DNA of 33,747 nt from Octopus bimaculoides (Eukaryota): positions 36,453,326 to 36,487,072 of the forward strand of contig NC_069001.1 in the NCBI RefSeq assembly GCF_001194135.2, written 5' to 3'. The position numbers and the translations under genes are program-made. Below the pieces are notes generated by a model. The model made no database searches. It saw nothing but the letters and a program-made list of their open reading frames with translations, and had not been told where the DNA came from. Of the stretch, positions 26,177-33,747 are shown piece by piece; the first letter of the stretch is position 1, and each line of letters opens with the position of its first letter.

Positions 26177-26402
26177 GTCATCAATCTTCTCTTTATTATT
26201 ATTGTTGTTATTATTATTATTATTGTCATCAATCTTCTCTTTATTATTATTGTTGTTATTATTATTATCTTTTCTTATCAACATTCTTATCATTATTATT
26301 ATTATTATTATTATTGTCATCAATATTTCTCTTTATTATTATTATTATTATTATTATTGTCATCAATATTTCTCTTTATTATTATTGTTATTATTATTAT
26401 TA
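26090..26402. repeat. Compound (ATT)n minisatellite immediately upstream of the large exon acceptor
   Basis: Recurrent units tgtcatcaat(c/a)tt(c)tctttattattatt (4 times) and atcttttctt...aacattcttatcattatt (2 times). Confidence 0.85.
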
Positions 26403-26442
26403 ATATTTTTTTTCTCTCTCCTCTTTTCTGTTCTCCTTGTAG

Positions 26443-28085
26443 CTTTGATGACAGTAGCTCAATAAGCAGTGGGGATATAAGTGATACCATTGCTGAAATA
26501 AGCACAGACGAGAATCTAACTGGCGGTTCCAACTGTTCAGACAGCACCAACCCCTACAGCAGTTTGAAACGGACACCGAAAGAAGGTTCTCGTACTATGG
26601 TCAATGGTACTGTCCCACTGACTAGCAAGCGTTTTGGTATACATGGTCCTGGCATTTTGTCTTCAGATTACCAAAGTCCGAGCCACTTAGTTTCCAGCTG
26701 GAGAAAATATTCGCTGCCCCAAAATAAAGGGTATGGAGGGTCCGATTCTGGTGAGAATGCATACGTGTACAGCAGCTTTGACCATTCTCATTGGCGGAAA
26801 CCTGATGGCTCCGTTGGGCCGTTAAGGAAACTGACCAGTGTCAGCCATTCTGATCTCGGCATCAGTTTACATACAAGTTCTAGTTTCTGCGACAGCGATC
26901 GCTATTCTACGAAGAGAGATTCTGAGACAAACACTGACCAATCGTGTCTGATGGATGCCAGCATGAAAAAGGTCCACCAAAACGGTATGAACAGTAGCAA
27001 CAACGGGAACAATAGTGGGATGAATGTTAATAATTACGGTTACAGACGACCGCTCAGCAACGCCAGCTCTTCGTCAGTGGGTAGCAACAAGAGTAACGGA
27101 TCGAAAGACTCAGTTCCTGGGAGAATGGTAAAACATGGAGACCGGTCTTCAGATGGACGTAACGGAGGCTACGAAGTTCCAATAACGTCGATTCCTCGCC
27201 CTGGAAGCGCTCCGAAACCGAGTGGAATGTCAATGTCGGACGTGGGTCCCGACGCATATTCTAACTCGACCTTGGAAAGAAGGAAGAAATCTGGAAACAA
27301 CACCCCCAAGTCTACCACTTCTTCTCAGACTGATTCTGAACTTTATAAATCGAATACTTTAGGGAGGAAACTGCTGAGCAGTCGTAATAGCATGGGCAAC
27401 AAAAACGGTGAAGGTTTGTGTAACAGCACAATTATATCGAATCCGCACGCCACCTATAGCAAGCACGACTCTTCTGGCCGTCCGTATACGACTCATAACC
27501 CATGTCACCAGAGTTATTCCAATTATATATCTTTAGATTATTCCAGTCCGCGGCATTCGGCTTCTGCAAACAATCCATGGTTGAAAAACAGCAATGGAAA
27601 CTTGAGTTCAGTTGGCGGCCACAGCCCTATGCAAATGTCTGAAACGGAAAGCATGGAATCTATCTCTTCGACAGCTTCTAGCATTCAGGCCCAGCTGCAG
27701 CAGGCCCGTGCATTAAGCAGTGCCAGCTGTCGAATTTTGGCTCATCAAATGGCACAAAATCCGAACATGGGTTTGCATCGTTCGAACAGCATCAGGTCGA
27801 CGCAGTCTGAATGTCTCTATTCAAGCAATCACCACACAATCTCTGAAGATCTGACACGCACAAATTCATATTCACAAGTCAATAGCCCTCACGAGCAGCC
27901 TTCTTCCCCCACACCAAGCAACAGCTCGCACTCATCATCTCGCTTCACCTATCCCATGACTGCTTACAATCCCAGCATGCTCAGCCAAAGCTACACTCAA
28001 AACATGGTACGGTCCAACACTCAGTCGAGTATGCCTTACAGCAGTCTTGCTTTGTCAAAGATAAGCAAAGAAGAAGATGCAAGTT
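26443..28085 (+). CDS. Large internal coding exon of a neuron navigator homologue (NAV2/unc-53/sickie family), Ser-rich disordered central region
   Basis: Polypyrimidine tract plus AG at 26441-26442, 547 uninterrupted codons (26444-28084) and a GTGAGT donor at 28086. Motifs match my recollection of vertebrate NAV2 in the same order: [23 protein letters not shown] (cf. WDDSSSVSSGISDTIDNLSTDD), [16 protein letters not shown] (cf. SVVISNPHAT), [12 protein letters not shown] (cf. VRTNSVKTTLSE). The family call comes from memory; the paralogue cannot be assigned. Confidence 0.9.
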
Positions 28086-28140
28086 GTGAGTATATATTTC
28101 TTTCACATTTGTTTAAAATAATATCTTTTACTAGACAACT

Positions 28141-28270
<130 letters not shown>

Positions 28271-28659
28271 ATTATCAGTTACACATACATAATTTGAGAC
28301 TCAGCATCAGTTGTGGAATTTTTCCCAGAAGCTATCCCGCAGCAAATTTCATGGATCAACAAAACACATTCATTATATGTGTGAGATAGTTATATTCACA
28401 TTACGTGAGCTGCTTTTAATTCATAATTTGATATATCCACACACACACATACACACAAACATATATATGTATATACATATGAATATTTATTATGTATATC
28501 TTCACATACATGTGTGTGTGTGTGTGTAGTCATTTATTGGTTTAACATTCCATGTGATCCAAACCATTCCAAAAGTTCACCCTAAAAGTGGATTCATGCT
28601 TATGGGGCCATAATTCTATGATACTGATGCAGAAGTTGTAACATCCATGTGTATCTATA

Positions 28660-28719
<60 letters not shown>

Positions 28720-29347
28720 NNNNNNNNNNNNNNNNNNNNNNNNNNNNNNNNNNNNNNNNNNNNNNNNNNNNNNNNNNNNNNNNNNNNNNNNNNNNNNNNN
28801 NNNNNNNNNNNNNNNNNNNNNNNNNNNNNNNNNNNNNNNNNNNNNNNNNNNNNNNNNNNNNNNNNNNNNNNNNNNNNNNNNNNNNNNNNNNNNNNNNNNN
28901 NNNNNNNNNNNNNNNNNNNNNNNNNNNNNNNNNNNNNNNNNNNNNNNNNNNNNNNNNNNNNNNNNNNNNNNNNNNNNNNNNNNNNNNNNNNNNNNNNNNN
29001 NNNNNNNNNNNNNNNNNNNNNNNNNNNNNNNNNNNNNNNNNNNNNNNNNNNNNNNNNNNNNNNNNNNNNNNNNNNNNNNNNNNNNNNNNNNNNNNNNNNN
29101 NNNNNNNNNNNNNNNNNNNNNNNNNNNNNNNNNNNNNNNNNNNNNNNNNNNNNNNNNNNNNNNNNNNNNNNNNNNNNNNNNNNNNNNNNNNNNNNNNNNN
29201 NNNNNNNNNNNNNNNNNNNNNNNNNNNNNNNNNNNNNNNNNNNNNNNNNGTAAGCACATGAAATGTGCAACAAGGTGGAAAAAAGAGTACTCAAATACCA
29301 GAGGTAGAGTAATATACTTTATTTAAAAGCAGCAGAAATATAACAAA

Positions 29348-29393
29348 AAAATTGTTACTCTGAGTTTCACGTTCCCGTTCATCGGACAGTTTT
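29348..29393 (-). ncRNA. Minimal type I hammerhead ribozyme motif, mirror copy
   Basis: The reverse complement reads aaaactgt CCGATGA acgggaacgt GAAA ctcagag TA acaatttt, with one stem I mismatch. Confidence 0.7.
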
Positions 29394-29408
29394 GTTAGAA
29401 AATCTTAC

Positions 29409-29454
29409 AAAACTGTCCGATGAACGGGAACGTGAAACTCAGAGTAACAGTTTT
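29409..29454 (+). ncRNA. Minimal type I hammerhead ribozyme motif (U4C core variant)
   Basis: Stem I aaaactgt/acagtttt; core CCGAUGA 29417-29423; stem II acg-ggaa-cgt; GAAA 29434-29437; palindromic stem III actc-a-gagt; GUA cleavage triplet 29444-29446. Confidence 0.75.
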
Positions 29455-29510
29455 TTGTTATATTTCTGCTACTATTAAATAAAGCATATTACTCTACCTC
29501 TGGTATTTGA

Positions 29511-29555
<45 letters not shown>

Positions 29556-30021
29556 TACACACTATTTCATTTTTGCTTGTAGTTTAGTAAATAATATTTC
29601 ATAAAAATCAAACAGGTAAGATTTTGCTAAAATGAGCCACAAAACCCGTTTCTATCTCTGCTTCCATTTATTTCACTTGGCTTTTGTTGCTAATGGTTAT
29701 TAGAAATGGCACACACCTCAGTACATCATTTCTCAGTTCCTTTCAAATGCATCTGAGCGCTTGTGCCACCACCAAACCAACACCAAACAAATTTCCCTAA
29801 TTAGATGCAAGCAACGTATATCTATTCTCACCTTTATTCCGATCATTGCTGCTTAATGGGCCTCTATTTAATTAATCCCAGCTTAACAAAGCTTTGCACA
29901 CACCAAGAAGTTTATTTTTTTGTCACTTACATATAAGAATGGCAGTTCGTAGTTGTTTCAATGTCTGTAACGGATGAAGAGTAACAACACAGAACCACAT
30001 GTCCTACGGTCCAATGTCATC

Positions 30022-30200
30022 GTTGTGTGTGTCCGTTTGTCCCCCAACATTGCTGGACAACTGGTGCTGGAGTGTTTACGTCCCCGTAAATTAGCGGTTC
30101 GGCAAGAGAGACCGATAGAATAAGTCCTAGGGTCGATTTGATCGACTAAAGGCGGTGCTCCAGCATGGTCGCGGTCAAACGACTGAAACAAGTAAAAGAA
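30022..30200 (+). mobile_element. SINE family B, 3' half
   Basis: aactggtgctggagtgtttac...gagaccgatagaataagt...gactaaaggcggtgctccagcatgg, matching 15765-15905. Confidence 0.75.
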
Positions 30201-30598
30201 TGTCGTCCGAACCTGCTGATCCCGGGTCTCCTGTATATACGAGTTAGAAACGATAAGGGAGAGATGGTGTGGGTAACAGTTTATAATTAGGGAGAACGAT
30301 AGCATTTGGATCTAATAGAATATGAGAGAGAGAGAGAGAGNNNNNNNNNNAGAGAGAGAGAGAGAGAATATAACAGAGAGAGAAGGAGAGAGAGAGAGAA
30401 TATGACAGCGAGAGATAAGGAGAAAGGGTGACGTTGCGTACGTGTGTGTATGAGAGAGAAAGCGTGAGAGATGATAACGTTAAGTGTGTGTGTGTTAGGT
30501 CTAAGGCGTCTAAGGGAGATAATTGTGATCGTTCTGCAGAGTTAGCTTTATTATTCATTTGCATATTTATTGTTTTTTCTCTTTTTTTCTTTTTCCAG

Positions 30599-30651
30599 TG
30601 CATGGATCTTCATTGTCGCTAGTATCGACCTCATCATCCATTTATTCTTCC
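30599..30651 (+). CDS. 53-nt internal exon of the same neuron navigator gene: (x)HGSSLSLVSTSSSIYSS
   Basis: Long pyrimidine tract ending ttttccAG (30597-30598) and a GTGAGT donor at 30652. Begins with TG, completing the 1 nt left by the previous exon. Matches the conserved NAV motif VHGSSLSLVSSTSSVYST. Not in the ORF track. Confidence 0.9.
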
Positions 30652-30809
30652 GTGAGTATATTCTATGAAGAAACATTTTATTAGCTTCGTGCGCTTGCAT
30701 GCGTTTATATATGTATATGTATATATATCATCAGTTAATCATAAATCCTTAAAAGAAACACTTTCTAAGTGGTGAGCAGTAGAGTATACAGATAAAGATA
30801 GATTTGGCC

Positions 30810-30955
30810 GGTCATCGTTCTGTCTGACGGTTTGACAGGAGCTGGTCAGCTGAAGAGCTGTTCAAGTGCCATGTCTGTTTTGGCATGGTTCCTACGGCTG
30901 AATGCTCTTCCTAACGTCAACCATTTTTACAGAGTGTACTGGATGCTTTTACATC
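30810..30955 (-). mobile_element. Diverged family D-related fragment
   Basis: gacggtttgac...ctacggctgaatgctcttcctaacgtcaacca...agagtgtactggatgctttt parallels 24470-24596. Confidence 0.55.
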
Positions 30956-31176
30956 ATATGATGCGCGTATATATATATATATGTATATATATTAAATTCA
31001 AATTACGATAAACGTAAACAAACGAACGAAGTTTTGTTTTTAGAAGCATTGAGATGTCTTAGAAAGTTAAAGAAGTGATTTTAAATTCTCCATCGCAGGA
31101 TAATGCTAATAATATAGCCTGAACAGGATAAACTACCCCTATTTTGCAGAAAAAAGTGTAGGCAGTTAGCTATAAG

Positions 31177-31226
31177 TATATAGTTTTAGGGAAAAGAACC
31201 AAGGTTCTTTTCCCTAAAACTATATA
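31177..31226. repeat. Perfect 24-bp inverted repeat with a 2-nt spacer
   Basis: tatatagttttagggaaaagaacc-AA-ggttcttttccctaaaactatata. Confidence 0.95.
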
Positions 31227-31484
31227 TTTTATACTGTGAAACTTAATTTAATTATAATTTTTAATAAATTGATTTTAATTGAGCTTTTACCTGTAATTTT
31301 GGTTTTTATCCCCAATATTATTATTATTATTATATTATTATTATATATATATATCTATATATATATATATATATGCTGGGATAAATTTGACAATTTGCAT
31401 AAAAAGAAAAGAAAGCACGCTATCCCACCCAAGAATAAAAGTATTTATAAAACTCAAAAAATATCAACTAGATTATGGCTGTTG

Positions 31485-31910
31485 ACTCAAAATAGCTGCT
31501 CTCAGCTTTCACCATGGCTTCAAAATGACTTTGGAATCTGGCACATACGTTCCTCAGTGACTAGCTCAGCGTTTGTGTTGCAATTAGAACAGTTGGTATC
31601 TTTCTCAATCACACCCCAACACATAGTAATCCATGGAAATTACAATTGGTGGGTTTTGAAGGCCAGAAATTCTCCAACAACTACTTCTGACTCTTCTCGG
31701 AAGTATGGAAGAGAACTGAATCCTGCTGCCACACATATGGCCTTCCAGCAGCAGCTCTTTCCAGCCAGGGTCTGAGCACAGTCTCTAGCAGCTTCACATG
31801 TCTCTCTGAATGGAGCCTAAGGCCCTGTTGAAATATGTAGGGTGGCATGGCGTCACCCTTACCGGAAACTCACCCAAAGATCATCACAGTTTGGGGAAAT
31901 TTGGTTTTCA
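31485..31910 (-). pseudogene. Decayed Tc1/mariner (maT/DD37D-like) transposase, C-terminal catalytic part
   Basis: The minus strand reads KTKFPQTVMIFG*VSGKGDAMPPYIFQQGLRLHSERHVKLLETVLRPWLERAAAGRPYVWQQDSVLFHTSEKSQK*LLENFWPSKPTNC, then after frameshifts MDYYV.GVIEKDTN and FQSHFEAMVKAESSYFE. It has stops and frameshifts; the maT call rests on recalled GRPYVWQQDSAP / WPPNSPDCNPMDYYVWG motifs. Confidence 0.75.
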
Positions 31911-32029
31911 GGCTGTCCATATCATGTCTTACAGCCTTAACTATGTCCACAGAGCATTGAGCAGCACTTGTGAAGCAGGCATTTTGATACCTGGCATGAA
32001 CCATTCTGATACTGGAACTCTTTCCTGTT

Positions 32030-32155
32030 ATTCAGATGTCCTCCGTAAAAGAGTGCATTGGAATTTTAGCTAAGCGTGTGGATTCAAAGAATCAGAAAAG
32101 TGGTCAGGAGACCAACCAGAGGCTACAATGGTGAATAAGAGTTACTGGATTTTAT
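32030..32155 (+). mobile_element. Fragment of an R4/Dong-like non-LTR retrotransposon ORF (region after the zinc knuckle)
   Basis: Translates as VLRKRVHWNFS*ACGFKESEKWSGDQPEATMVNKSYWIL, resembling the recalled HW.....G.....KWYEH.P....EN....LWDF motif. Confidence 0.5.
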
Positions 32156-32174
32156 GAGATTTCTCCATGGAGGC

Positions 32175-32390
32175 TGACAGTAATATTGTGCCAGACATTA
32201 GTTCACTCCCTCCATCAAATCAACGTTACCTGAACAGGTGCACAGGTGTACCAGGCATCAGGTGTCGAAGTAATTGCAACATGGAGTTGAAGTGTTTTGC
32301 TCAAGAACACAACATACCTCCTGGTCTAGGGATTGAAACCATGATCTACCGATCATGAGTGCGACTCCCTAGCCACTAAGCCATGCATCC
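32175..32390 (-). mobile_element. tRNA-derived SINE related to family C in its head and core
   Basis: Minus strand ggatgcatggcttagtggctag...ggtttcaatcc...gtgttcttgagcaaaacact. Confidence 0.75.
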
Positions 32391-32454
32391 CTAATATGTA
32401 ATAATTATAATAATGANNNNNNNNNNATAATAAGAGTGTCACCTCTTTTAGAAT

Positions 32455-32486
<32 letters not shown>

Positions 32487-32661
32487 GTCGTTACTGCTAT
32501 AAAATGTATAAAACAATGGATCTCTACTGTTAGAGACATTTAATAAAAATTGTTTTTATATTTATAGGCTGAAGAGAAACATAACCAAGAGGTATGTATG
32601 CAGTTATGCTAATAAAGTGTGTGTGTGAATGAGTGATGTGCGTTGTGTTATATATACATAT

Positions 32662-32702
<41 letters not shown>

Positions 32703-33747
32703 CACCTACATACGTGTGCCGAATTAGCTTTTTCTGTGATGTCATTGCAAATTAATAAAAAACATCGAAATAAAATTCTGGTGAATTATATTACAAAAAT
32801 TACTCAATTGCTCAATTAATACTCAATTAGATTGCTCGTTACAGTGTTAATTTATCACGAGGTAGAATTATATACATTTTTGTCTGTTTTGACAAAGATT
32901 ACTTCCTTTGTTTTTTTAAGGGATTTGTAGTGTTTTATTGGTTTGTTTTTCTGTTTTGTTATTTTATTTTTAATCTGTGCTTTGTGGTGAATTTTTTTTT
33001 TGATTCCTTAAGCTCTCATTAGTCTAAGAATATGTTTGCATATATATTTATGTAATCAATCTATTAATGGACTGAGGTTTTCACTCACTCTTTCTGTTGA
33101 GGTTTCTGCCTCTCTCTGTGTCTCTTTCTCTCAATCTGTCCATCTATCTCTCTATCTAGCGATTGATCTATCCATTTACCTATCTATCTATCTCCTTACT
33201 TCTCTGTCTTTCTACACACAAATATGTAAATTATTTATTTGATATTAATTAAAACTTCTTGATAAGCTTTTGTAGCCTAAATTAACACCAGGTGCTTTCA
33301 GACTAATTATGTTTTACTGTCAATTTTATTTATTCAGTTAACTCCAGCGTAAAATATTGATGCATAAATATATATGTGCATGCACGTGTGTATGTCTATG
33401 TATATGTATGTATGTATGTGTATATGTGTGTGTGTATATATAATATATATATGAAGGTGTGTGTGTATGTATGTATATATATATGTATATATATATATAT
33501 ATATACACACACATAAATGTATGTGTTTGTGTATTCATGGGTGTATGTTTTGACAAACCATTCCACAATCGAAAGTTTGATCTTGTTAAATATTGAAGAA
33601 TTTAGACACACAGACACACATTTGCTTAGATTTTTTTTTTTTTTTTTCCGTCATGAATAATTTTATTTTTCTCATTCCATATAAACATTTCTTTTAGTTA
33701 AGAATTTCTGCAATAAATTCCATTAGGATTTTTATAAGAAAAATATT

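Larger units (their letters stand above)
29250..29513. mobile_element. Fold-back (inverted) Penelope-like terminal repeat remnant, copy 2
   Basis: Inverted arms ~29288-29394 and 29408-29513 (~107 bp, few mismatches) with a 13-nt spacer. Each arm has a hammerhead followed by AATAAA (29478-29483 on +). Flanked by (TA)n on the right and by a gap on the left. The Penelope assignment is inferred from architecture. Confidence 0.65.

Noticed and set aside
26090-26402. Repeat-spacer-like periodicity suggestive of a CRISPR array
   Set aside because: The spacers are just variable (ATT)n, the context is eukaryotic and there are no cas genes.
26057-26442. N-terminal hydrophobic part of the 746-aa ORF, resembling transmembrane segments
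   Set aside because: It is a SINE tail plus (ATT)n minisatellite upstream of a clear splice acceptor, so intronic. The tail after 28085 is likewise intronic (TA)n.
28079-28084. GCAAGT as a GC-AG donor
   Set aside because: It would leave phase 0, which is incompatible with the phase-1 acceptor at 30599 unless an unseen exon intervenes.

Overview
AT-rich, microsatellite-dense, gapped eukaryotic draft sequence with nine N-runs. The repeat families resemble octopus (coleoid cephalopod) repeats as I recall them; this is not verified. The only well-supported host gene is a neuron-navigator homologue (NAV/unc-53/sickie) on the + strand, seen as two internal exons: 26443-28085 (1643 nt) and 30599-30651 (53 nt, xHGSSLSLVSTSSSIYSS), which splice in frame. 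The rest is probably intron filled with tRNA-derived SINEs, MITEs, a Helentron-type (HINE/DINE-1-like) element, and decayed maT transposase, RTE and R4-like LINE fragments. Almost all ORFs in the supplied track are artefacts of N-gaps or simple repeats. The most notable unannotated structure is two fold-back elements (14746-14988 and 29250-29513). Each arm of each element folds into a minimal type I hammerhead ribozyme (four in total) with a fixed non-canonical CCGAUGA core and a palindromic stem III, the architecture of dimer-cleaving hammerheads from Penelope-like retroelements. A decayed hammerhead of a second family lies at 13136-13178. No CRISPR array, rRNA or true tRNA gene was seen.
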